NCBI RefSeq assembly: GCF_964204645.1
Contig: NC_134025.1
Span: forward strand, 14,322,001 to 14,386,000
Reading direction: 5' to 3'
DNA length: 64,000 nt
DNA from: Tubulanus polymorphus
Lineage: Eukaryota; Animalia; Nemertea
Shown here: in pieces, positions 12,501 through 25,208 of the stretch
Numbering within the stretch: the stretch's first letter is position 1
Layout of the letters: every line of letters begins with the position of its first letter
The notes under the pieces: model-generated
The model's database searches: none
Seen by the model: only the letters and a program-made list of their open reading frames with translations
Told to the model about the DNA's origin: nothing
Translations under genes and position numbers: made by a program

Positions 12501-15500
12501 GGGATCTTCAATAGCTGAGACAGCTATTTTTGATCAACCAATTATCACGCAATTAGCGGCCACCTTGGTGTCATCAGTACTCATTCCTAGATGGAAAAAA
12601 GTTTTTCCACATTATGTTGATACCTTGTAAAGCATATCATGTTACCACAATCAATTGGAAAGTTGTAGGTCATAACATGTTCTATGATTGTGGTGAGTTT
12701 CAAGGTCATTGATTTTTGTATATGGCCACCAGGGGGCGTTGAGTAATACAATAACTTAATATTTCGATATTATATTCGTACCCATGCATATTTTGTTACC
12801 ACAATCAAGTTGCTCATGATAAGGTCTATGATTGTGGTGAGTTTTCTAGGTCATGATTTATTCTATATGGTCACCAGGGGGTGTTGAATAGTAGAATAAC
12901 TTAGTATTCCCATATTATAATGGTACCGAGGCATATATTGTTATCACAACCAATTGCAAAATTGTATGGTTACCAGGGGGTTTTGAATATTGAAATTGTT
13001 TGATCATTGAGCATTTGAAACCACTTTCCAAGTGGGCATGGTGTCCCTGGACCCATAGTTTGAAGAAAATGACAGCATGTTTGAACTAATAGTCTTCACA
13101 TTTGATTATTGTTTCCACAGTCATCGGATAAATCTCTTCACATGGAATTCGCGATCATCAAATTCTTGGTTCTCGGCACCAGGGGAGTTGAATATTGAAT
13201 AATATACAATTTGTCTACTTATGAATGAAGAAATCCCACACTTCGAATTTAAAATTATATGATCAAATTTGTTATTATGAAACCACAACATTTCGGCTAT
13301 TGACTAACAGCCATCATCAGGTGGAATGACCAGAAAAACAAGTAACAAAGCATATAAACTCACAGGATCTAAAATAGAAGCAGTGTGTCAAAACTATAGA
13401 TAAACAGACCACGCAATAAAAACATCAAGGGGTACCATAGAAACCACAGCAATTCTAAACAGTTCGGAGTAAAAACAAATTATGTAACTAAGTGCAGTGG
13501 ACTGAAGAGGGTGGAGATAACACAGTGACACGTAGTGATATTAACCCAAATCTAATAAAGAGTTGATGTGTCTGGATAATAATTGGTTATCTGGAGAAAA
13601 ACCAGTATTTAAATTAGTAGATAAATTGGATTTCGAAAGTTTATATATTAGGGCTGATTCCACTATGTGTCTCTTATGAATATCTGTACTAGGATAAATA
13701 AGTTTTTCGAAATTGTCTACTTATATTGGTACCCATGCATATTTTGTAACTACAATCAATTGCAAATTTCTAGCTCATGGCATGTTCTATAATTGTGGTG
13801 CGTTTCAAGGTTATTGGTTTCAGTATCAGGCATCTCAATCTTCCAGCTTTAATCGGAATTCCGACTTTTGAGAAATTTTTAATGGTCTCTGAGATGGATA
13901 AAGATTTGATGTTAAAATAAAGGGGGGTAGGGGGTTATGATCGGTTATGACACTTGTGGTGAGTTCCGTAATAATCGACTTGCCATGGTTAGCCTAAGTG
14001 TACATCTAGAAATTGATACTGTACTGCATACTGCTATTGTAGGCGGCCACATGCTGACACGATATGAGTAGGAAAATAGTTGAACGATGTGGTTTAAACG
14101 AAAGCATTCATATACGCGCCGCATGTGAGCAGTGTCTTTACATTACTGCGTGCACGTGGTCTATTGATCATCAGACTGACGCGCGCGTGATGATTACATA
14201 TTGTCACTATTCAATTAATCAATGCCAACGGATCCAAAATGGCGACTGCTCGTAAATGTATTTTGTTATATTCGAACAAAACTAATTATAACTACTGAAA
14301 AAACTTTCTGCTGAGAAAATAGCTGCTCCTTCAAGGATTCGAACCCGCTTTCAATTGTTTGAAGATTTCAGCCACCAATCAGAATCTTCGATACATTTGT
14401 CATAAATCAAACATGGCTTCTACATCAAACTGATATTATTTGGTTGCTAGATTCCGGTCCTGAGAATTTCCCAGATGCCCGGAAATTGCCTAAAATAAAA
14501 AAATTTCTTCGGTGCGAAGCGTGGCTTCACGCCTTAGGCGCTTGCGAGGACAGAATGAGGTCAAATTGATTTCCGATTGCTTTAGTAACAACTGTTGGGA
14601 TCCCTGCAGTATAAGGTCACCATAGGGGCGTTGAATAGTAGAATAACTTAGTATTTCCATATTGTATTGGTACCTATGTATATTTTGTAACCACAATTGA
14701 TTTCATCGTTGTAGCTCTTGACATGGTCTATGATTGTGGTGAGTTTCATTGGTTTCAATATATGGTCCCCAGGGGGCGTTAAAATGTTGAGCATTTGAAA
14801 CCACTTCCCAAGTGGGCATGGTGTCCCTGGACCCCTAGTTAAAATAACTGCTGTGCATTCGTACGTATAGATGTGGCTATATTGTTGGTTTACCTTTGTC
14901 AGCAGTATGAGGTTGGCATTGAGCCAATTCATGTAAAATCGCGGTACGTTTTTTTATGTGAGCATTTTTTCATTGGTTCTCGGGTTAAACAGCGTATAAT
15001 CAGTGCGATTGAAGACATGACAAAAATTTGTCGATGACATGGTCAACTTCGTTTAATTCGACGAAAAACTGTTTTTGGCGGGAAAATTCTAAGCTCTTGC
15101 GCATAAAATTCCAATGACCTCGATTGGGGGGGGGGGCGTCGTCTCTACGAGCAATTGTGATTGGCTGTTTTTGGGAAATACGGGGAATTCCGGTGCTACT
15201 AAAATAATTATGGGAAAGCCATTAATGGCAAACGTTTCATTGGACTAGGTGCCGTATGTGTGCGAATTTTAAATGCTCATTGCTGGTGAGAATATAATTA
15301 TTTCACATATCGCCATCGGTATTGTTTCATTTTAATACCCTGTGATTGTGTTGATTGAGATTGAAGTGAAGTGAAAGTTCACTACACAAGGCCTCCACGT
15401 GTGCAGGAGTGCTAAAAATTAGAATGTTGCACACAAACACACATTCATACAGACTACTATATGTTGATGCTGTAACGCTGCTTGGCGCATGCACGTTTGG

Positions 15501-18500
15501 TATGATAACAGGCTCATCGTAGCAGAAGATGAGCGCTGTGTTTTCTGTTTGATCGAATTTGTAATAAATTTCTTGTGATCTGAAAATACTAAGCAGCAAA
15601 CTATAGGTATAGGTCGAGGTCTGAATATTGTAGTGGTAAATTCCAGGATCTAATACTACGCCCCGGTGTTTTAGCTTCCGCGGCCATACATTGGAAGAGG
15701 TTTCGTTTCCAAGACTCAATATTCAGCCACCCTCTGATATGTGACATCGTATCAATTTATTTGAATATTTTTTCAAAATACTTTTTTGAAAATATAAAAT
15801 AGTTTCCCTGCCACGCCTACCAGTATCCTACGAAATTTTGGACGTAGACCATAAACAAATGTTTATCTTTGGTCTTATTTGACTACAAAATAATTCTTAA
15901 AGAAAGATAAAATACAATATAAACTTCTAGAACTTTGAAGTCACGAATCAAAAAGATTTTTCAAGCAATGCCCTTACTCCAAACCTCTAGCTTTCAAGGT
16001 AAACCACACTTTGCCTATGGGCAATTTATTTTGTATAGAAATGTCCTGCTATAATAGATTTCACTGAAAATGGTCTTTATCTTAACCAATCAAAAGTTTC
16101 TAAGTCAAGTTGCTTGAATCATTTTATCAATATTGTACGAACTCATATAAGTCTAATACCTTCAGTTAATATCATATCTATTATGCAATATTCGTGACCG
16201 CAATACTTTTGAAGAGATTTTCCATAGTCTCATTAAGTGATTGGGGTTTTCTGTTTCTCCACAAGAAAACCCTAGTATTGAAATTCTTGTGATTATTATG
16301 GACTTTCGCTTAAGCGAAGTCCATTTTGCTATCACATATAAAACTTTCTTCCTTTGGTACAAAATTACTTTTGAACGAAGCTTATTTTCTCTTTGGAACT
16401 TTCAAAACGTTCAATGCAGTAATAAAATCTCTCAACCCCATCAAATTTCATCGGAACTACCATGTATATTTATGATGAATCATCAGTTGTGAGTGATACA
16501 ACATGTATGTATAGTGCTTCACGGAGATTATGTCGATAGAATGACACATTCATGTTAGAATGAATGTTGAAACGAAATCAAGTTATATTTTTAGGTTGAA
16601 CGAAAAAATTTTTGTCCTAAGAAATGTTTGTGCAAATGAAAACATTTCTGTTTAATTGTTCGAACGAGAAAATTTTTCGTTCTGACAAAAAAATTTGTTG
16701 AGCGAAATAATTTTGTTTTAATGAAAAGATGTTCAAAGGAAAAAGGGATATTATCATCTGGGGTTCCATAGTAACTAAAGTCATCAGGAATTATTAACTT
16801 GCCAGTTTTATTAGTCCACTTGGGACTTTAGTCTTTAGTGCCCAAAAATGTCAAGCTTGCCCCGAATTCTGAGTCCTGTAGCTTCCTACTGGTTTGCCAT
16901 TTCTCATTGCAATTTGTGCTGGGTTTTTTTTGCAAAGGGAAGTTTTGTACCTTGGCGGCCATCTTGGTGTCATCAATACTCATTCATAGGTGGGAAAAAG
17001 GTTTTCCTCATTATATTGATGCCTAAGCATAATTTGTTACCACAATCCATTAGAAAGTTGGAGCCCATAATGTGTTCTATGATTTTGGTGAGTTTCAAGA
17101 TCATTGGTTTTTGTATATACAATAACTTTGTATTTCTACATTATATTCGTACCTATGCATATTTTGTTACCACAATCAATTGCAAAGTTGTAGCTCATGA
17201 CATCATCTATGATTGTGGTGAGTTTTTGGACATAAGTTATTCTAAGTGGTCACCAGGGGTTGAATAGTTTAGTAGAATAACTTAGTATTTCCTTATTAGA
17301 TTGGTACCTATGCATATTTTGTTACCATGATCAATTGCAAAGTTGTAGTTCATGACATGTTCTATGATTGTAGTGAGTTTCAAGGTCATTGGGTTTTGCA
17401 TATGGTCACCAGGGGGCGTTGAATAGTAGTATTACTTGGCAATTCCATATTGAATTGGTAACGAGGCATATTTTGTTATCACAATCAATTAGAAAATCAT
17501 AGCTGCTGACATATTCTACAATTTGGTGAGTTTCAAGGTCATTGGTTTTTTATATGGTCACTAGGCGGTGTTGCATATTGAAATTGTTAGATTGTTGAGC
17601 ATTAGAAACCACTTTCCAAGTGGGCATTGTGTCCCCTTTTTAGTGATGAAAGAACTCAAATGAAACCTCTGGTTAATAAAGCTGCCTGCTCAGACGAATT
17701 CTAACAGCTTTTGAAAAAAAATCTTCATTTTAGCCTATGGAGGCCTACGTATGCGCAGAGGCTTTGTAGGCCTTTGTATTCACATGGGCCTAGCAACTGG
17801 ACCGAGGACAGAGTTAGGTCTCGTGGTGTATTCGATTTATAAAGTAAATTTCATTTTCGGTCAAACAAATAAATCTTTTGTACTACGTGTCTTAGTTCGA
17901 TCCAGTCTGTAAATAAACACAAAAATTATATTGTGTTTGTTTGAAACAGTAAAGCACGTAGGCCTAAAGGTCACGTACAACTCAATAAACATTTCAAACG
18001 GCCTTGAAACGATCTCCTATCACCTGCGTTATCAGAACACTGAATCCGAATATCACACGTGAGTCCAGCTTATCCAGTGGATTTGGAAATGATTGGTATG
18101 CACTGTACGAAAAATAGAATATTGATACATGGTTGAAGCCCGCGGCCAAATTACTGTTGTAATAAATTCATATATTTTGATACCGCATCAAAACTACAGC
18201 TTTTTCCGCTGCATCTGTTCTTCGTGTTCAGTTTAGGCCTACGACTCGCTGGTACTTAAATGATATATCGTAGTGAATATCAGGTAAATTTGGTAAAGGA
18301 AAATAGAATATTGTAAAACTAACTGTTTGAAGCCCGCATGCAAATCACTGATTGTAATAAATCAGAACTTTTAAAACATACAATGCAGTAATAAAAGCTC
18401 TAACCCTATTGAATTTCATCGGAGTCCGTTGCTTATTTATCAATTTAGTTATTTTTTTGTTGTTGGAACTACATTTCATTTCGAAGGAACACGTGTGTTT

Positions 18501-21500
18501 TTATGTATATTCATGCTTCACACACGTGCTATGTGATGTATTGATTTGTGCATGTATATGAAAAGCGCGTCTCGTGTGTGGCCTAGTTAAAGTTTTCCTG
18601 GAAACTGTAAATGATACAACCGCCAGGGTTCGTCGCAGCTGGCTGTGAAAAGCAGTGAATTTTATAGAAGGGCAGTAAAATTGGGAACTTGGAAATTCTT
18701 CAATTTACGAAAATAAATTGTCTATCATACTTCTTACACAGTGTATAGAAATCGTCATCCCGCCTTGAACGTGGAGAGAGTCTATTTGAGTCAGTGGGGA
18801 AAACCCCATTATGAGAATGCCGGCTTGCTAGCGTATCTATTTAACACCCGTATTGCTCAGGTTATTTTTACTACCAATGGGTGGCGCTGTATGTAAATTT
18901 CATATCAAACAACGACTTTCAGCTATTAGCGGTACTTAAGACTACTTGAAAACATCATAGTCAATTACGGTAGTAGTGAAAATAAAAAGATACAGTTCAG
19001 TGTTCAGTTAGGGACATGATTCCAAGCACCATAGCACCCATACTAGAGATATTTTATTCAGACTAGGACTATTAGTTAAACACTGATCTGCATTTCCATT
19101 AATTAATGATCTGTTGAAATAATTAGTAATTCAGTCATTCAGTGTTCGAGATAAAATGCCAGCAAAATAAGAACCTAACAAACCAGGGCTGACAACAAAT
19201 TGCTCAAAAGATAAATTTTCGAAACAACACAATCCAATCATGTTTGGTATCAAATAACTCTTGGCGTGGACCTTGGTATATTAACTGACCAATGCATGAC
19301 CAGTACTGCCCATATAGTAAATTATTTGTTTTGCAATTAAGTTGATGGTGTAAAATAACTAGATATGATGGGCGTCGAGTGAATAGATATGGTGCGGGCT
19401 ATGATCTAACAGAAATTTAACTGACCAATTTTTGACCAATACTGACCTTAAACTAATTCGTCTATTCTATAAGCAACACAGTCGTGTTTGGTGTTGAATA
19501 ATTAGATATGGTGTCGGCTTTCTTCTAACGACTATTCAACTGACCAATTCTTGACCAATCCTGACCATGTAGCTTATTTATCTGTTTCCGAAACAACTAA
19601 GTCGTGTCTGTTATCAAATATTTTCATTTGGCCTGAACGTAAATATAACAACTCTTTTTCCTGTACAATCTACACCAGTACTGTCTAATTACCGGTTAAA
19701 TTTATAAATTTTATAAATGACATGGGGTATTGCCTAAATCCTTCATTAGTACTGCTAGCTCTTACATTTAAATTTGTCGCTTGAAAAGTCTTGTCCAATT
19801 TTTAGCCCACTTGGGACTTTAGTCCCAGCGGGCTATTGCGTTCACTTTTCGTCCGTCGTCCGTCCGTCCGTAGACGGAATCCAGTTATTTTGGGAAGTTT
19901 TGAAGATGCTTCAAGGTAACGTCTTGATATTTGGGTTACACATGTATCTACCCTAGACCCATCTTCAGCCCAAAAACTGGCCCTGTCAGCATCAAGATGG
20001 CCGACTGGCAGCCATTGTTGTTCGCCAAAATCAGCACTTTTTACACATTTCTGAACTTTTTGAGGGAAATTTTGAAGACGCTTTGATCAATTAGCTTGAT
20101 CTTTCGGATATATGTGAATCCCCCCAGGGCCCATCAGCATAACAAAAATTAGGTCGATCAGACTCAAGATGGCCGTCCTATGACCTTTTCAGTGCCCAAA
20201 AATGTTAATTTTGGCCCGAATCCTGAGTCCTGTAGCTTCCTACTGGTTTACCATTTCTCATTGCAATTTGTGATGGGTATTCTTTGGAAAGGGATGTTTA
20301 ATACCTAAGACAGGTATTTTTCATCAGCCAATTATGATGCAATTGGCGGCCATCAAATTTCAAAATTTCAAAAGTGGGAAAAAGTTTTTCCACATTATAT
20401 TGATACCTAAGCGTATTTTGTTACCACAATCATCTAGAAAGTTGTAGCTCATAACGTGTTCTATGATTGTGGTGAGTTTCAAGGTCATTGGATTTTGTAT
20501 ATGGCCACCAGGGGGCGTTGAATAATGCAATATCTTAGCATTTCTTTATTATATTCGTACCTATGCATATTTTGTAACCACAATCAATTGGAAAGTTGTA
20601 GCTCATGACATCATCTATGATTGTTGCGAGTTTTAAGGACATAAGTTTTTCTATATGGTCACCAGGTTGCGTTGAATAGTAGAATAACTTAGTATTTCCT
20701 TATTATATTGGTACCTAGGCATATTTTGTTACCATGATCAATTGCAAAGTTGTAGTTCATGACATGTTCTATGATTGTGGTGAGTTTCAAGGTCATTGGG
20801 TTTTGAATATGGTCACCAGGGGGTGTTGAATATTGAAAATGTTAGATTGTTGAGCATTTGGAACCACTTCCCAAGTGGGCATGGTGTCCCTGGACCCCTA
20901 GTTTATTGTAGGTAGTGAGCTAACTTTGATGAAATTTCCCACTAAATGCAAAAGATTTCCATGTGAGGTTTTGGTTTTGAATGAACAACGTTTCGATTTG
21001 TAATTGTAACGTGCGCATTTGAGACTGTAACGTGCACATTTCAGCGTGAACGTGTGTATCGGTACCAACATGCGAAACTCATTGTTTGTAGTTTCAAGGT
21101 CATTGCTTTTTGTGTATGGTCACCAAGGGCGTTGAATATTCAAATTGTTAGATTGAGCATTTGAAACCACTTTCCAAGTGGGCATGGTGTCCCTGGACCC
21201 CTAGTTACCAGTATATATGGAACATATCCATATATCGTGTTCAATTTTATATGATCTGACTTTTGAGATGTCATTCAATCAATGCATTCATATGCGGTCT
21301 ACGCTTTAAAAGAACCACCCCGGCTAGCTCCTTATTATCTCCTTGGCGATACCTTTGGCGGACGATCCCACACGTTTCTTGCTCCAGCCCTAGAATGCTC
21401 AATATTCGTCATGAACCCCGATTTGAATTAAAATTCAGAAGACTCCTAAAAACACACCTGTTTACTTGATTACACTAAAGCGCCTTTGAACATTAATTTG

Positions 21501-24500
21501 CAAGAATCAGTGAAATTGACGCTTCATAAGTTGTATTCATCATTCGAACCCACGAATCTCGTATCCTATGAATATATAGAATATGAAGAAAATGAATATA
21601 TAGGCTCTGTTGCTTTCATATTATTTGATATGAGGCTACGTGTCATCTTCAATTGAAATCATGTGATTTCAATTTAAGGTGACACGTGGCCTCATCGTTA
21701 CGGTATGTTTCTTCAAAGGCTGGGTGAGAATATATTCTTATGTTTTTGTTTCTCTGAATGTTGCTATTTAAGAGTTCAATCATTTCAGTCTACCAAACAA
21801 AGGATTTTTCTGTATGTTTCATGACATGTTTTTTCTATAACCCTAGGACTGCATTTTAGGCATCTTTCGCGGATGATCGAAAGCTGCTTTCCCTTTCTAG
21901 TAATTTGATGATCTGTCGAAATTTAGATTTTAAAAGGAATCAGGCACTGTATGAACAGTATGAACTCAACTTTAAGGGACACTCCCTTAAAAGGCGCCGA
22001 AGTGAAATCATGTGCCTACTTGAACTACGTCACTAAAGTAATGGCTCGGAAATGATGTCTATAGAAATGAATAGGAATTAAGCTACAAGACAATTCAACT
22101 TAATTTTATACCTATTTGGCATTCGAATTGAGACAAAATGCCTCTTGATTTTGAAAGTCTTCATATTAAAGATTATAATTAGCTGTTGAACGGACCATAT
22201 CCGTTCAAACTAGGCACAAAAATAGGATTTGAATAGCAATCCATGGCATTTTCTAGTAGACAGCAAGGAACAGGGATGTTTAAATCATCGTTTTGTATTA
22301 TCATTTAGTGATAGTAAGTAAGATCATGGTTAGATCTATGACTTATGAACTGATAAACTTAGACAGAATTAGCTGTAAGAACAATTTCAATTCTTTTCTT
22401 GAAATATACCTCGTATTGGTAGCGGCTTTGGTCACAAAATTAGAATATTCCCTCATCCATCCTATTTTAAAACTTAGAAATAATGTTCGTGAAAGATTTG
22501 TGATGTAATCTATCAAAACTCTTCTGCAGCGTGAAACTTAAATGGAAAAACATTATTCCTTTGAATATTTGTTGATGTAGAAATTTATTGAAAGTTTTTG
22601 TAGAGTTTTGAAGTGTTAGTTTTCAAACTACTTAGTCTTAAATGACTATGAATAATAGTAAATAGTAAACGAATATGAATCTATTTATTCTTTAGCGAGA
22701 TCGAAATCTGTGATCGCTTATAAGACACTGTATAGTATGCTTGTGGTGCTGAAATATAGGTGAACTATGGAGCAGCAGTAACAGTGCTGAGAGCTTAGCA
22801 TAGAGTACTTAAATAGCTTCATAGCAGCGGATTGAAATCTGCATCTTCAATTTGATCGATTTAGCCTATTCAAATTACTCATTGATTCTTTGAAATAGGT
22901 TTATGCAATAAACAAAAGATCCTTTTACCTCCCTGGCCTGTTTCAAAGCTGTAAAACAATCTGGCATTGAGATATAACAGAAAATACACGCACTTTCCTC
23001 AAAATTCAACGCATTTCTATAGACACTATTTCTTAGCTCTGCCTTTATGACGTTGCAGCGCGCACCTGCTGATTTAGCCGATGCTGAACAGTAAGCGATG
23101 TAAACAACGAAATGAGGTAAAAAATCTTGTTACAAAATCACAAATTGCGCGTTAACTAAAAATTTTGAAACAGAACGGTTGAAGATGAGTTTATAGATCA
23201 ATAGAATACATCATATTTTGAAATTTAAAAAAAGTGTCAGTTACCCTTTAAATCGGTTATAACTGGAGCAATTTTCATAAAAGATATCTATGGAATCAGC
23301 GAAATGTAATTAAGAAGAATACTTTGTTTAAAATGTTATCGAAGACATTTGAAAAAAAGTTTTCTGAATTCGCCAACTGTGAAACTAGTGTCAACCAGAT
23401 GTGCTCCCATTAAACAACCGACAGCGAGCCGACTCGATGTGAGATGTGGCCTACACTGAAAATCTCAACTGCTATACCACCAGTGCCTCTGAATGTCGGC
23501 TGTTAAAAAACTGAACAATTGCCATTTGGAAAGGGCCTAGTTAGAGAAAATGCTTGGTGTGTATGTCGTGTGACACAGGCTCCATATTTCATGTGGGTTT
23601 GGAATTTAACCTTGTTTATGACCAAACACACATGTTTTTGTGCTATTTTAGATTTAAAAAGAGCGCTCGATAGACCGCTTTCATGAGACCCTCAAATAAC
23701 GTCAAGTTATTAATCTTTGATTTATATGAATAAATTTTGCTTCGAAATCTTTAGATTTCTCAGGTGGATTATTCAATAAATTCACAACAGTCCATTGTGG
23801 AATAGTTTAACGCCAATCGTTCTTTTAAAGATCTTTCTTTTTCGAAGAGAAACTTTCTTAAAAACTTTGATTATGGCGAATCTTTTATATGTCCGATAGT
23901 TAAACCTTCGGGTATTACACTAGAACACAATTTTTTAGATATATAACATACAGAAGGATATTACAATTTATACCCGAAGTAAGATATATGCAGTTGGATA
24001 GACTTTTTTTGTTACGAAAAAGTTATCTGATTCGTGTCAAATAGGAGTCTCGTATGCGACAGTAAAAATGGTACTTGATATAAGTGATCTTCATTGATAT
24101 TGTCACTAATATATCAATAAAGAACTGACAATGAAAAAGGCGTTACAGGTGACTGACATCACACCAAATTTCAATTCCTACGAACACTTTTCATATAGGC
24201 TTAGTGAATTCTATACAAGAGTAAAAAAAACTTGAAATATTAACGAAACAGTTTTTTGACGGAAAAAATATCGTTCTCACATTCGAGAAGTTTAGATTGG
24301 TCAGTGGTGGTCAGTGATGGTCATGAATGTTCAATGGAGAATCCTTACTAGTTTGACACCATAACACAGTATATCATTCTCATATTCGAGAAATTTGAAT
24401 TGGTCAGTGGTGGTCAGTGATGGTCAGTTGATGAATTTGCAATGATGATTCCTTAGTAGTATGAAATCAAACATTTCCGAAATTTGAAGTCAAGTGTTCA

Positions 24501-25167
24501 GACTCTGGGATATCTCAATTGGACAGTTTCTGACCATCATGGTGACACCATTGTAATCTATAGGCTAGCTCAAATGGAACATTTGGAACCGACGAAGTCA
24601 TTTCCAGTGATGTCATCCAAAAATGCCCTTACTGGAAAAGGCGTCCTCTCAATTGAACGAAACCAAATCGGACAGGACTATTAGAATTTGGGAGGGCCAT
24701 AGGCAGTGGTCTTTCTACGAAGCCCACACGGTATACTTTTAGCGTATTATTATGAAATCATTTTCTAAACCACCATGTACCACATGAAGTAATAAGCATC
24801 GTTGTAAGCACTTGAAACACCCATTAACCACTTGAAACTGTCAAATCAAACGTCATACCACATCCCCACAAAGAGGGGTAGTTCAGCAAACCGCAGTTTT
24901 CATTGGCCTCTCTAGACTACCCCACCGGTATGGGTAGCCGAGCAAACCGGAAAACTCATAATGTGCTACCATGTATATTTTTGATGAAGCGTGATGTAGT
25001 TGTGTGTAATGGAGATCGTATTATGTACATGTACATGTTTCCCAAACTACCGTAAAAATGTGAAAAACTTGTGAATTTAGGATACAAATTTCACGGTTTC
25101 ACCACCACCACTACCACCACTACCACCACTACCACCGCTACCACCGCTACCACCGCTACTACCACTA

Positions 25168-25208
<41 letters not shown>

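Larger units (their letters stand above)
13223..13712 (-). mobile_element. 5'-truncated Penelope-like retroelement
   Basis: 12-bp TSD TTGTCTACTTAT at 13211-13222 and 13713-13724. GIY-YIG-like C-terminal coding fragment followed by a hammerhead motif. Confidence 0.8.

Noticed and set aside
19260-19690. CTGACCAAT-rich degenerate repeats pairing with 24290-24430 as the ends of one large element
   Set aside because: The similarity is limited to short motifs, and no termini or TSD could be defined.
20414-20880. CRISPR-like array in the 154-bp repeats (also the 61-, 120- and 134-bp duplications)
   Set aside because: The units are contiguous with no unique spacers, there are no cas genes, and the context is eukaryotic.
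21540-21570. tRNA gene (GGTTCGAAT B-box on the minus strand)
   Set aside because: No cloverleaf can be formed; at most a SINE relic.
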